Of a stretch of DNA of 64,000 bases, positions 17,070 to 30,255 are shown in pieces (the first letter of the stretch is position 1; every line of letters begins with the position of its first letter). Below the pieces are notes generated by a model, which saw only the letters and a list, made by a program, of their open reading frames with translations, was not told the DNA's origin and searched no databases. The position numbers and the translations under genes are program-made. Source of the stretch: Eledone cirrhosa (lineage: Eukaryota). The stretch lies in assembly GCA_964016885.1 (NCBI GenBank), contig OZ024741.1, positions 270,630,001-270,694,000 of the forward strand, given 5' to 3'.

Positions 17070-18743
17070 AACAAACTGCATAATAGGCAGTATGGATGTT
17101 GTGTCCCTATATCCATCTATTGACGTGGATTTTGCTGTGGAGAAATGCGTAGAAATGATCAGTGAGAGCAATGTTGAGTTCCGTGGGATTGATACCAGTG
17201 AGCTGGGACTCCTACTTAAACTTACCTATAGTAATAATTACCTAGACACATATGACCTTAGCAACCTGTGCCCTACAAGACCAGCAAGAGGCAGACCACC
17301 TACCATTACCTCAATGGCCAAGAAAACCCACACAGATAGATGGAACGGGTGGACCAGAGCCATACGGACCCCCGAAAACCACGATGAACTAAAGAAAATG
17401 ATTGCACATGCGGTGGGGGTCAGCATAAAATTAACCCTTAAGGAACATATGTTCAAATTTAATGGAAAAACATATGCGCAAGAGGAAGGAGCAGCCATTG
17501 GTGTTAGCATTGCAGGCGACATAGCTAACTTATTCATGGTATGGTGGGACAGTAGACTTAAACTTAAACTTAAAGAACAATTAGAAGACCCTTTAACCCT
17601 GTTAATGTACTCCCGCTACGCTGATGATATAAACATCGTAATTAAAACACCCCCAATAGAGAACAGTCAGGAATTAGGAAAAAACACAATGGAAAGCATC
17701 CAGCAAATAGCAAACTCCATCTACCAGAGTATTAGAGTTACTATAGACTACCCAAGTAAACACCCCGACCATCGATTACCTGTACTAGACACAGAGCTCT
17801 GGTTAGATACCATTAATAACAAAAAACAAATCCTCCATTCCCATTATGCCAAACCCATGACTTCCAAATATCTGATCCACAGAAACTCAGCTGTTTCGGA
17901 CCATACCAAAATCAACATACTGATTGCGGATTTGGTACGGGTGATGAGAAACGTGTCCCGCATGTGCAACCCCGAAGAACTAGAGAGACACATACAACAT
18001 TTCATCCACCGTATGCAGTTCTCTGGTTACAATCAGATAGATAAAATCAGAGTGTATAGAGGATCCAGAACCAAATGGGAAAAAATGGTAATGACACAAA
18101 TGGGACCTGCCCCTTGTATAGGAGCAAATTTTGGAATAGAATAGAAAGAACTAGGAATAAGGCTAATAGAATAAACTCATGGTATGATAGCAATAAATAC
18201 CAGAGTGTAATGTTCATCGATACAACCCCTAGAGGTGAATTAGCTTACAAATTTAGAAGGGCCCTAGATAAACATAAACTCAATATTAAGATAGTAGAAA
18301 GTTCAGGTACCTCCATAAAAACACTTATTAGCAAGACATAACCTTTTCAAAGACCTCCCTGTATAGATAAGAAATGTATAACCTGTAAATTAAGCCCCCA
18401 TATTAACTGTAAAACTTGAAATGTAGTATATAGCACAAGATGTACTGAAGGACAATGTAGAGATAAAAATATAGTGTACATAGGTGAGACAGCTCGTAGT
18501 GTAGGGGAACGGATAAATGAACACTGGCGAGACCTTCAAGATAGTAAAGAATCATCTGTACTCTACCACCATGCTAAAATAGAACATAAGGGTAAATTAG
18601 AGATCATAGAAATAAAAATAGAATCTACACACAGAAAAGATGCAATGTTTAGACAAATCACAGAGGCAATAAACATAAAAGAATTACAACCAAAATTAAA
18701 TAGAAAACATGAGTGGAACAGCAACATCACAACTTACAATTAA
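17070..18743 (+). pseudogene. PLE reverse transcriptase-endonuclease ORF, disrupted
   Basis: ORF pieces 17056-18144, 18075-18341 and 18474-18743. Frameshift near 18085 and in-frame stops near 18340 and 18417. Confidence 0.88.
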
Positions 18744-18944
18744 GGACAAAATGAAAACACACACGCACATAGAACAAACAACCAACCTGTAACATGTAAA
18801 TAAACAAATAAATAAACGAATATAAACACACACAGACACCCGGATGTGGCGCATGCACAGACTGAGCACACAACACACACACAGAAACAAGATGGCGTAG
18901 GACAGAACAAAGGAGAGGCACACAAACAAAGGAAAGAATCCCCA

Positions 18945-18987
18945 GTCACTGAAGAGGTCACAGAATGTGTGACGAAAGAACTTTGAC
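18945..18987 (+). ncRNA. Minimal hammerhead motif in the PLE pLTR
   Basis: GTCA-CTGAAGA-g-GTCACA-gaatg-TGTGAC-GAAA-gaac-TT-TGAC, identical in four copies. Confidence 0.6.
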
Positions 18988-19188
18988 AATATATAAACAA
19001 CCATCTGGTTGTGGAACCAACCAACCGGAAATTTATAAATTCCTAAATTTATAAATTTATTATAATAAATTGGAGTGAAGCAACTGGTGCGTGTGTTTCT
19101 TATTGGCAACATGACCCTCCCAAAGTATAACAATATCGGTTTCAACACACGTTTTCAGATAAAGAATCTTGTTAAACAAATTCAGAAA

Positions 19189-19256
<68 letters not shown>

Positions 19257-19596
19257 GAATGATCGAGAATCGGAATATCGCCCCACGAAATCACGATAAA
19301 CAATATCCGACATGTGTGGCAGAGGGCTCAATAGTTTGGATAAACCAGAGCTATAACAACTATCGTTAAAATACCAACACACAGAGATAATGCCTAAAAT
19401 CGCCCGTGCAGCCGAAAAAGAACGACCAGGAAGATTCGGGTCACTCAAATAAAATATCAATAAATTAATAAATTAAATGAATGTAAAAAAACTCACCCGG
19501 GCCCGCTAGAAGGATGTTAAAATCTAGCTTTATGGGTTTCTGCAATTCCTTAATCAAATCACTATCAGCCCACATAAAAAATATATATGACTTCTA

Positions 19597-19677
<81 letters not shown>

Positions 19678-19679
<2 letters not shown>

Positions 19680-19867
19680 CACCGTATTTTTGACTAAAGA
19701 AATTTTTTAGCCTGATAATGGGTTTAGAACCCTCAGATAAATGGAAAAAGATGAGTATTGACGTACATGTACGTCAATACTCATCTTTTTCCATTTATCT
19801 GAGGGTTCTAAATCCCATTATCAGGCTAAAAAATTTCTTTAGTCAAAAATCAAAAATACGGTGAAAG
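19678..19867. repeat. Near-perfect ~190-bp palindrome
   Basis: Centre GACGTACATGTACGTC at ~19760-19775 with complementary arms. Confidence 0.9.
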
Positions 19868-19943
19868 CTATTCTCTTTTCTAATTTCAAACCTGCTCACT
19901 GTTTCAAAACATACTTACTTGTCATATATATATATATATATAT

Positions 19944-20370
19944 CAGATCAGTGGATCTGCTAATATGCAGATCTGACTGATCAGCCAGTCTGCTAATATG
20001 CATATCTGACTGATCAGCCAGTCTGCTAATATGCATATCTGACTGATCAGCCAGTCTGCTAATATGCAGATCTGACTGATCAGCCAGTCTGCTAATATGC
20101 AAATCAGGCTGATCAGTCACTGTATATTTTAGAAAATATATATTTTCATTAGCTCTGACGGTTGGCAGGTGAACAGTGAACTGTACTGATGAAGGGTAAT
20201 ACCCAGAAACATTAGTGTCTGCAGTTCTGTTTACATGCCAACACAAGAGCAAGAAAGCAAGAATGAGGGGCTCATTCTACTGACATGGCTTAAAAATGAG
20301 GCTTGTTTGCATAATTGCAAACGAATCAAATAGTATTATTAATATTCGAAAAACTCGGATTACATTTATA
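19944..20370 (+). mobile_element. Family A element, most complete copy
   Basis: About five 33-bp repeats, ATGCAAAT at 20097, GAAAATATATATTTTC at 20132, TGGCAGG at 20163, hammerhead, two 3' hairpins. Flanked by (TA)n. Confidence 0.8.
20178..20227 (+). ncRNA. Intact type I hammerhead, family A
   Basis: GAACTGTA-CTGATGA-aGGGTaatACCCa-GAAA-cattagtg-TC-TGCAGTTC, GUC cleavage triplet. Confidence 0.85.
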
Positions 20371-20435
20371 TATATATATGTATATTGAAAGAGTGAAGAA
20401 TAACATGGTCAACAGTACAAAAAAGGGTTTTATTT

Positions 20436-20550
20436 ACAGTCTGACAATTGTTTCACTGATTAAGTTGTCTAAAAATTGCTGAACACTTGAAGCAGTGCCA
20501 CTCAATTTTAAATACGTTGTTAGCTTAACCAGATCATCGGAGAAAACTGT
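20436..20550 (-). ncRNA. Hammerhead motif with long stem II, U4C mutation
   Basis: Minus strand: CCGATGA-tCTGGTTAAG..CTTAATCAGt-GAAA-caattg-TC-agactgt, inside IR 20383-20605. Related fragment at 56237-56316. Confidence 0.55.
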
Positions 20551-21255
20551 AAATAAAACCCTTTTTTGTACTGTTGACCATGTTATTCTTCACCCTTTCA
20601 ATATTATTACTCCAAGATAAACTTACATAGGAATACAAGAGAACTCATAAACTCGCCACCTACGTAAACCCCTTGTTGAGTCAAACAACGCCGTACGCTA
20701 ACACTATCCATAATACGAAGTATTCACAACCTCTAACTAGATGGCCTATAACGATATTTTGTTATCCCTTATATATATGTATATATATATATATAAGGGA
20801 TAACAAAATATCGTTATAGGTAATCCAGTTAGAAGTTGTGAATACTTCGTATGAATAAATATGGTTTTATAAATATAGTTTCCATTTATTTAATATCATT
20901 GTATATTATACTCCAGAAAAGCTGTCGAAAAATTGACCAGGGACAGAACAGAGAGGCAGTACAATAAATGTTTATTAAATTCACGCTCAGGAGAGTGGGG
21001 GGTAGGTGTATATATATTTAAAAGAATAGAGGTGTAACACACGAGTTATGATATATTGGTAAAAGGAAAAGATTAGAGCAAACATCACGGGCGATCTATC
21101 TCAAAATTATTTTTGAAAAGCATTAGAAATGCGCAACCGGTAAAAACTTAAAACCAAAACTGAATACTAACCAATACTTATTACTAATTTTTACTTATTC
21201 CTAATTAAACTATTTTTCACTGGGAACAATTTGTCAGCATTTTCTTTTCCTTTTA

Positions 21256-21309
<54 letters not shown>

Positions 21310-21549
21310 CACACACACATAAGAAAACGCGTTTTTTTAATGAAAAAAAAAAAAACACGAGTGAAAGTATAAGGAAAAGAAATCGAAAATGTAACTGGAG
21401 TCTTTTTAAGAATATTTATTTGTTTCATTTACCGGTTTCATAGTTCTTTTGCTTTTCAAAAGTAGAATTGAGATGGAGGGTCTGTGGTTTTTCTCGCATC
21501 TCTCGCAGATTCGAGAAAAACCACAAACCCTCCATCTCAGTTCTTGTTT

Positions 21550-21820
21550 TGTGTTTTCTTTTGTTACTAGTATATCTAAGAAGGGAAGTTTATCGTTCTT
21601 GAACTCCAAAGCGAATTTGTTATGAGGGTTTATATTATTGATATCATTCTGTAATGTGCACCATTTATCAAGATTTCTCCATCTACAAGATAAAGCAGTC
21701 GTCCAGGAATGTTTTCCGGGCTATTTCTTTTTTTTTTTTTAGATAACAACTGAATTAATCTCCATAAATTTGTTGGGAGTGTTCGTAGCTATTTGATATA
21801 TGCTATCTCATCACTAGGGT
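21550..21820 (-). pseudogene. Degenerate PLE RT thumb fragment
   Basis: FALEFKNDKLPFLDILVTK motif. Confidence 0.6.
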
Positions 21821-21828
21821 TTGTATTT

Positions 21829-23240
21829 TTATCTCTCTGTCTATTTGTCTGTCTATCTGTCTGTCTGTCTGTCTATCTGTCTATCTGTCTGTCTGTCTGT
21901 CTATCTGTCTGTCTATCTGTCTATATGTCTGTCTATCTGTCTATATGTCTATCTATCTGTCTGTCTATCTGTCTATATGTCTGTCTATATGTCTGTCTAT
22001 CTGTCTATATGTCTGTCTATCTGTCTGTCTATCTGTCTATCTGTCTGTCTATCTGTCTATATGTCTGTCTATATGTCTGTCTATCTGTCTATATGTCTGT
22101 CTATCTGTCTGTCTATCTGTCTATATGTCTGTCTATCTGTCTGTCTATCTGTCTATCTGTCTATCTGTCTGTCTATCTGTCTATATGTATGTCTATCTGT
22201 CTATATGTCTGTCTATATGTCTGTCTATCTGTCTGTCTATCTGTCTATATGTCTGTCTATCTGTCTATATGTCTGTCTATATGTCTGTCTATCTGTCTAT
22301 ATGTCTGTCTATCTGTCTGTCTATCTGTCTATATGTCTGTCTATCTGTCTGTCTATCTGTCTGTCTATCTGTCTATCTGTCTATATGTCTGTCTATCTGT
22401 CTGTCTATCTGTCTATCTGTCTATCTGTCTGTCTATCTGTCTATATGTATGTCTATCTGTCTATATGTATGTCTATCTGTCTATATGTCTGTCTATCTGT
22501 CTATATGTATGTCTATCTGTCTATCTGTCTGTCTATCTGTCTGTCTATCTGTCTATATGTCTATATGTCTGTCTATATGTCTGTCTATCTGTCTATATGT
22601 CTGTCTATCTGTCTGTCTATCTGTCTATATGTATGTCTATCTGTCTATATGTCTGTCTATCTGTCTATATGTCTGTCTATCTGTCTATATGTCTGTCTAT
22701 CTGTCTGTCTATCTGTCTATATGTCTGTCTATCTGTCTATCTGTCTGTCTATCTGTCTATATGTCTGTCTATCTGTCTATATGTCTGTCTATCTGTCTAT
22801 ATGTCTGTCTATCTGTCTATCTATCTGTCTATCTGTCTGTCTATCTGTCTATATGTCTGTCTATATGTCTGTCTATATGTCTATCTATCTGTCTATCTGT
22901 CTGTCTATCTGTCTATATGTCTGTCTATCTGTCTATCTGTCTGTCTATCTGTCTATCTGTCTGTCTATCTGTCTATATGTCTGTCTACCTGTCTATATGT
23001 CTGTCTATCTGTCTATATGTCTGTCTATCTGTCTGTCTATCTGTCTGTCTATCTGTCTATATGTCTGTCTATCTGTCTATCTGTCTATCTGTCTATATGT
23101 ATGTCTATCTGTCTATATGTCTGTCTATCTGTCTATATGTCTGTCTATCTGTCTGTCTATCTGTCTATATGTCTGTCTATCTGTCTATATGTCTGTCTAT
23201 ATGTCTGTCTATCTGTCTGTCTATCTGTCTATATGTCTGT
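21829..23240. repeat. (TCTA/TCTG/TATG)n tetranucleotide array
   Basis: Direct reading. Confidence 0.95.
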
Positions 23241-23325
23241 CTATCTGTCTATCTGTCAGTCTGAACATTTTATCAGGCAATGGCAATGCTCGAACACGAG
23301 TTTGCAGCCATCATGTATGTATAAA

Positions 23326-23370
<45 letters not shown>

Positions 23371-23469
23371 TTCAAATCTTGCTGTTCTCAGGCCTGGAGA
23401 GGGATGGGCTCCGCCAGGCTTAAAAATGCCCAAGAACCGCCCCTACGACTATATCAGGAGTTCCTTGAC

Positions 23470-23589
<120 letters not shown>

Positions 23590-23747
23590 ACACATTGCCC
23601 CCCCCTCCCTATATATATAGGGGGGTGATAGATAGATAGACAGATCGATAGATAGTTAGATAGATAGATAGAACGAACTCATCATAATTTAGTGGATATA
23701 GATGTGATGATGATTAAAGAAAATATGGAAGAATATTATTGTAATTA

Positions 23748-23930
23748 TTGGCAGTATCGGTAGAGGGTTGGACGCCATGCTTTGCAGCAAATAGTTACGG
23801 CCCTTTATGATCTGAGTTCAAATCCCGTCGAGGTTAACTTTGCCTTTCATCCTTACGGGGTCGATAAAATAAAGTACCAGTAATACACTGAGATAATTGC
23901 TGGCCTTTTGCCAATAGTAGAAACAATTAT
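23748..23930 (+). mobile_element. SINE family 1 copy
   Basis: Head, core and tail match 54821-55008. Confidence 0.8.
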
Positions 23931-24461
23931 TGTAATTGATTTAAAAGAACCTAAAACGAAATACGGAGATGACCAGACTGACAGAGTGGCAGAGTGACAA
24001 GAGGGGGTAGGTAAAAGACAATATTTCGTCATATAAACTTAAGTACAATCTTAAATCTGTGAACAAACCTCTTACTTCTTTTGAAGCCCTATCTGCTGAC
24101 CGTCAAAAATGAAGAATTATTTGCCATGAAGCTATAAAAGACTTTGAAAAATCTCGTCAGGTCCATCTTCGTGATCTATGATCTATGATCTAATATCATC
24201 CTTCTCCGCTTAAAATCCTGTCATCTACACCAAATGCGACTTGAGTTGAAGATCAACAGCTGGACTGAAGTGTTATTTAGGGCATCACAATAAAATATTG
24301 AAGTGAGAAGACTGTTGAACACTCATGCGTCAATATACGACAGGAGAGTTCCCAAATCAAATTTTCATTTTTCATGTTTCAATTTTTTAATTTGCTATTC
24401 CCTTTTCTCTATCTTCCATGTTAAGTATGGGTTCTACATAACCCTGTTTTGTAATTCTGTC

Positions 24462-24540
24462 GAAGTTCCCTGATGAGATCGTCTTGTCTAGCATCATAAT
24501 TGGATGATGGAGCTGGGCCATTGAAATATGTATAACTTCC
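24462..24540 (+). ncRNA. Degenerate hammerhead motif
   Basis: GAAGTtcc-CTGATGA..catcat/atgatg hairpin..GAAA-tatgta-TA-ACTTC. Confidence 0.45.
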
Positions 24541-24639
24541 AGTCCGGCTTTCTGATGTCGTTATTCACACACACACACACACACACACGCACACATGTAT
24601 ATATATATATATATGAGCTCAGCCGTCAGGGTCCTCTTT

Positions 24640-24686
<47 letters not shown>

Positions 24687-24714
24687 AAAACCACAGACCC
24701 TCCATCTCAACTCA

Positions 24715-24752
24715 CCTTTTGAAAAGCAGAAGAACTGCGAAACCGGTAAAAG
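24715..24752 (+). ncRNA. Hammerhead-like motif with U3-A8 core (related copies 21110-21146 plus, 21428-21462 minus)
   Basis: TTGAAAA-GCAG-aagaa-CTGC-GAAA-ccgg-TA. Stem I is only 2-3 bp. Confidence 0.4.
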
Positions 24753-24894
24753 AACCAAATAAATATATATATTTAAAAAAAAAAAAATAAGACTCCAGTT
24801 GCATTTTCGATTTCATCTCTTTTTCTTTATACGTTCACTCGTGTAGGACACCTCGGTTATTTTTCATTTTGTAAAAAAAAACCTCACTTTCTAA

Positions 24895-24927
<33 letters not shown>

Positions 24928-25064
24928 GTGTGTGTGTGTCTGTGTGTACATCTTTGTTTACAAAAGAACGACATTATTATTATTAAAGCATCAGTAACGT
25001 ACTGTGGCCGATTTAATCGACTTTCCCCATCCACAAAATTGTTGGCCTTGTGCCTAGATCAGAC

Positions 25065-25330
25065 ACCAAACAACCCTCAAAATGGACCCTAATTGATATT
25101 GCGATCCCCCAAGACCACAATGTGACTGAAAAGTAACTGGAAAAGATCAATAAGTATGTAGACCTTGCAGGCGCTATTAGAACTGAGCACCATGTAGAGA
25201 CAGAAGTCGTGCCAATCGTCATTGGAGCGCGGTCCCTAAACACCCTACACGCGGTCCCTAAACGCCCTACGTCTTTCACCAAAAGCCTTGGGATCTCCGT
25301 CTTCATTGACAGCGCCCAAATTTCTACCAT
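25065..25330 (+). pseudogene. RLE LINE endonuclease C-terminal fragment
   Basis: WTLIDIAIPQDHNVTEK*LEKINKYVDLA..VVPIVIGA. Confidence 0.7.
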
Positions 25331-26235
25331 CACTACCACTACCATCATTACCATCACTACCACTACTACCACCACTACCACCACTACCATCACTACCAGT
25401 ACCACCACTAACACCACTACCACTACCATCACTACCATCACTACCACTACTACCACCACTACCATCTCTACCATCACAAGCACCACCATCACTACCACTA
25501 CCATCACTACCACTACCACTACGACCACTACCACCACTACCACTACCACTACCATTACTACCACTACCATCACTACCACTACCACTACCATCACTACCAC
25601 TACCATCACTACCACTACCATCATTACCACTACCATCATTACCACTACCATCACTACCACTACCATCACTACCACTACCATCACTACTACTACCACCACT
25701 ACCACCACCACCACCACCACTACCACCACCACCACTACCACCACCACCACTACCACTACCACGACTACCACCACTACCACTACCATCACAAGCACTACCA
25801 CCACCACCACTACCACCACCACCACCACCACCACTACCACTACCACTACCACTACCATCACTACCACTACCACCACTACCACCACCACTACGACCACTAC
25901 CACCACTACCACTACGACCACTACCACCACTACCACTACCACTACCACCACTACCACTACCACTACCACCACTACCACTACCACCACTACCACCACTACC
26001 ACCACTACCACTACCACCACCACCACTACCACTACCACCACTACCACTACCACTACCACCACTACCACTACCACCCACCACCACTACCACTACCACCACT
26101 ACCACCACTACCACCACTACCACTACCACCACCACCACTACCACTACCACCACTACCACTACCACCACCACCACTACCACTACCACCACTACCACTACCA
26201 CTACCACCACTACCACTACCATCACAAGCACCACC
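25325..26235. repeat. (ACC/ACT/ATC)n trinucleotide array
   Basis: Direct reading. Confidence 0.95.
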
Positions 26236-26806
26236 AGAATCCTAGGTAATAAATATTGAGCCTCTGAGATCAGGGACTGGTCTGAGACTAAACAATTGTT
26301 TCTACTCTAGGCACAAGGCCAGCCACACCCAGTACATTACTGGTACTTTATCTTATTGGCGTCGTGAGGATGACAGACAAAGTTAACCTTGAACTAATTA
26401 ATACGCTGCACCTAGCAACTGATTGTCAGAGAAACCTTACAACGTACTCCTGGGAGGGTTGTGGGGGGTAGAATCCCCAGACCTACCTCCCAGAAAACTC
26501 CATCAGAAGCAACTGTCTCCAATTGATCCGGCTGGATCCTCAAGGGAGACCAGCCAAGCTCATGGATGTTATCCAACCATTTTGCTCAGGGTCTACCTCA
26601 GCATCACCTGCCGGTTGGAGGAGAAGAAGAAGAAGAAGAAGAAGAAGAAGAAGAAGAAGAAGAAGAAGAAGAAGAAGGGGAGGAGGAGGAGGAGGAGGAG
26701 GAGGAAGAGGGGAGGAGAAGAAGAAGAAGAAGTAGTGAGGAGGGGGATGACGAAGAAGTGGATAATGATAATGATGATGACGGGGATGAGGTGTACAGGG
26801 AATAAG

Positions 26807-27225
26807 TACGAGGCGTGTCAGAAAAGAAACATGATTGGGGTTGCCAAAGAAAAAATATAGATGTTTCAAATCTAAACTACAAACTACAAGTGTTCCCCTT
26901 CGAAATATCCCCACCCCCTCGGGTCTAACGCACTTTCCCATCCGTCTCCGCCACGCCTCTATGCCCTCTTGGAAATATTCTCCCGGAATTCCCCGCAGCT
27001 CAGTCGTCACGGCTTCCACTCACGAACAAATCGGTTCACGAACAATTTTTCCCCCTAACATGAAACGTCTCGGGTGACGAACGGTGTCTCGAGTAACGAA
27101 CACGCAAGCCGGCAACGATTGTTGGCGAAAAGCTGGGACTATCGACGGGAAAGCGTCACTTGCTGTGTAGTTAGTTACATAGTTAGTCACTATGGTGCTA
27201 TCTATCTGTCGCCTTCCACACACAG
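26807..27225 (-). mobile_element. Mariner-like deletion derivative
   Basis: TA-CGAGG terminus at 26807. Minus-strand peptide IPGEYFQEGIEAWRRRMGKCVRPEG resembles the mariner transposase C-terminus. Confidence 0.65.
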
Positions 27226-27240
27226 TCTCTCTCTCTCTCC

Positions 27241-27296
<56 letters not shown>

Positions 27297-27382
27297 GTAG
27301 GAGGTGAGTTTTATTGTAGTACAATAAAGCAATGCAGATATCGGATAAGAAGCACTCTACAGTTTGTGGGACTGGAGTATGC

Positions 27383-27724
27383 ATAATATAAGATCAAAAG
27401 ATGGTTAAAGGAGTTCCATATATTTTATTATGCGCATTTCAAAAACAAACATCATCAAGCAATAATATTTGTGTTTTCATCAGATAAAACAGGAGAACAT
27501 GATATGAAGGCTAAAAAACACTTGTGGATAGTGCAGTTTTAAATCAACAAGTTTTAAATCAACAATGTTGATTTAAAACTGCACTATCCACAAGTGTTTT
27601 TTAGCCTTCATATCATGTTCTCCTGTTTTATCTGATGAAAACACAAATATTATTGCTTGATGATGTTTGTTTTTGAAATGCGCATAATAAAATATATGGA
27701 ACTCCTTTAACCATCTTTTGATCT

Positions 27725-27732
<8 letters not shown>
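27383..27732. repeat. ~350-bp near-perfect palindrome carrying two hammerheads
   Basis: Arms complementary, with a 15-bp tandem duplication at the centre (~27536-27569). Confidence 0.9.
27624..27694 (+). ncRNA. Type I hammerhead (mirror copy 27421-27491 on minus)
   Basis: TGTTTTAT-CTGATGA-long stem II-GAAA-tgcgca-TA-ATAAAATA. Confidence 0.8.
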
Positions 27733-27776
<44 letters not shown>

Positions 27777-27862
27777 GTGGAACACTGGAAGGTAATATCC
27801 GTAGTGGTAGAGCACTCAGTCCATGCGACGAGTTAGGTAGAAGTGTTTCTGCTGTGTAACCA

Positions 27863-27933
<71 letters not shown>

Positions 27934-28135
27934 TTATATATATATATACTTATGTATATATATATATATATATATATATACTTATGTATATGTATATATA
28001 TACTTATGTATATACGTATTATATATATATACTTATGTATATTATGTATATTATATATATGTATATTATGTATATTATGTATATTATATATATATACTTA
28101 TGTATATACGTATTATATATATATATATATATATA

Positions 28136-29380
28136 GGGAAAACTGGAACGGGAACAAAACAGAGAGGCAGTACGAACAAAGGTTTATTAGTTTCACGCTC
28201 TTGAGAGTGGGGGAGGGGCGTTTCGGGCATAAGCCCTTCTTCATGCGAAAAGTGGGTGGGAAGAGAGTTCCGAGGGTGTGTAGGGGCGTGGAAGAGAGAC
28301 ATTTAGAAAAAGAGGGGGGGGGCGGTGGAAGGGTACAAATAAAAATTTAAAAATAAAAAATAAAAATAAACATGAAGATAAACAAGTGGTGGAATGGTGT
28401 GGGGCGTGTAGGGGTGGTGGCGGGTGAGGTGGGGAGAGGGAGGCGGGGTGTCCGAGCGGGGAAGGCTGAAGGTGGTGTATGTGTGTAGGTGTACGTGTGT
28501 GTGTGTATGTGAAAGTGAGAGTTGGAGGCAGAACGAGGTTCCATGTTCAGGAAAAGGTGTGTGTGGGGGGTGTAGGTCGGTGTGTGTGTGTTCGCGTGTG
28601 GATGGGGAGGGGTCAGAGGGGTGGGGGGGGGAGAGGATTCCGGAGGCTGAGTGTATATTTATGTGGGGGTACGCACGTGTTTATACGTTTTGTGGGTGTA
28701 GGTGGCGTGGTTCTAAAAAAAATTTTTGTGAGTGTATGTCCGTGGGTAAGTTCCTAAGGTAGTTCCGTAGAGATGTGAGGTGCGCGTGCAATAGGAAGTG
28801 GTCAGAGGGTCAAGGCAGGATGAGGGTAGAGGAGAATGACAGGTGGAGAGGGCTGTGTGTTTGTGTGTGCGGAGGAGTGGTCAGAGGGTCAAGGCATAGC
28901 AGCAGTAGAGGAGAATGGCAGGTGGAGAAAGTCAGTGTCAGTGTGTGCGGAGGTGCGGTGGACAGGGGAGAGGATGGGTAGGTGTGCAAGGTGGAGTGGG
29001 GAGGGTCATGCGGGGGGATGGGGTGTGTATTAGTAGAAGTGTTAGTGGGATGTGTGTGAAGGGGTGTGGGTGGAGCGGGGAGAGGGAGAGAAAGGTGTGG
29101 GGGACGGAGGAGGGAGTGTAGTGTGTTGGTGTGTGTGTGCATGTTTGGATGAGTGTGCGTGTGGTGAAGGGGGTGTTAGTGGGTGTTAGTATACTGGTGG
29201 TAGGGAAAGGGTTGAATGCGGGTGTATTAGTGGGGGTCAGTGGTGGTAGGGTGTGTAGAGTGGTTGGTGTAAGTGGGTGTGTTCGTGTTCGGGGTCAGGG
29301 GATGTTAGTGGTATTAGTTGTGGGGTGGTGGGAGTAGATGTGTGGGTGAGGGTTAGTGGTGGTAGTAGGGTGTGTGGATA
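28136..29380 (-). mobile_element. Old, strand-skewed element with a degenerate PLE-type hammerhead
   Basis: Minus strand 28219-28244: aTGAAGA-aGGGC-ttat-GCCC-GAAAcg. End shared with 20940-21005. Confidence 0.45.
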
Positions 29381-29544
29381 TATATATATATATAATAAGG
29401 CGTTGACGGATCCAGCATATTTATCAATGCCAGGTCCGGTTGTATCTCAGCGTACTCAATAGGTAATGTAGGATACATCCCCAGAGTATACACATAGTTA
29501 TTCGCTTCAATACAACACACGTAAAACGGGTACCTATAGTAGTT

Positions 29545-29655
29545 CCCGGATTCGAGTTTCGGCCACACTTAATGCAGACAGAGGGTGCACTGCACCCTCT
29601 GTCTGCATATATTACGCAACAATGCATAATCGGCGCATGTGGCTTCATCAGCGGG
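29545..29655 (-). ncRNA. Type I hammerhead with enlarged stem II
   Basis: CCCG-CTGATGA-aGCCACAT..GTGTGGCc-GAAA-ctcgaa-TC-CGGG, with a perfect 18-bp hairpin inside loop II. Confidence 0.7.
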
Positions 29656-30222
29656 TATCGCCTAATCAATAACCAATCGATTGACAGAATCCAAACCCCA
29701 GCCCATGCCGGCTATGCCTGTTTGTGACGGCCGACACAGTAAAGTGATTAGCAACTGGGATCTGATACAACTCTGTTCCCCGACCAGCCACCGATTTACA
29801 AACTTTACGTGGTGGCGGGAGATTAGAAAACAAATATTTTCTCTCCCGTCAGAAGCCCCAGCCAACGTGTCTCAAACACAAATTAATAAGAAGTGAAAAG
29901 ATGGTTATTAGAAAGAGCAGTCCCACATCGATGTACAATAGAATGGTAGCATTCGGCTCAGGTCTCCAAGTCCCATGGCTAGAGGAAAGCGATAGTAAAA
30001 ATGGTAGTGCCAAGAACCTTTATCGAACATTAAATGCCACGATCTATTATACAGCGATATAGAGTAGCGAGCTGGATTGCGACAGCCACGTGTGTAAAAC
30101 CTGTATATTTCACAACTTAAAAGAGTGAGAGAGAAAATTAATAGCAGGAATTAGAGCGCATATCAAAACAAAATACAATAAAAAAAAGTGAAAGATTGTT
30201 TAACTTACTCTCATTAGTCTGC

Positions 30223-30255
<33 letters not shown>

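Larger units (their letters stand above)
17070..19192 (+). mobile_element. 5'-truncated Penelope-like retroelement (RT + GIY-YIG + pLTR) inserted in (TA)n
   Basis: RT motifs GSMDVVSLYPSI, GAAIG, YSRYADDI and LPVLD. Cys-rich linker, then NVVY..C..VYIGETARSVGERINEH and EAINI..LN. Confidence 0.92.

Noticed and set aside
25013-26259. Poly-Thr/Val/Pro mucin-like ORFs
   Set aside because: Trinucleotide array abutting a LINE fragment, with no splice or signal context.
26566-26805. Acidic poly-Glu/Asp ORF
   Set aside because: (GAA/GGA/GAT)n microsatellite next to an RTE tail.
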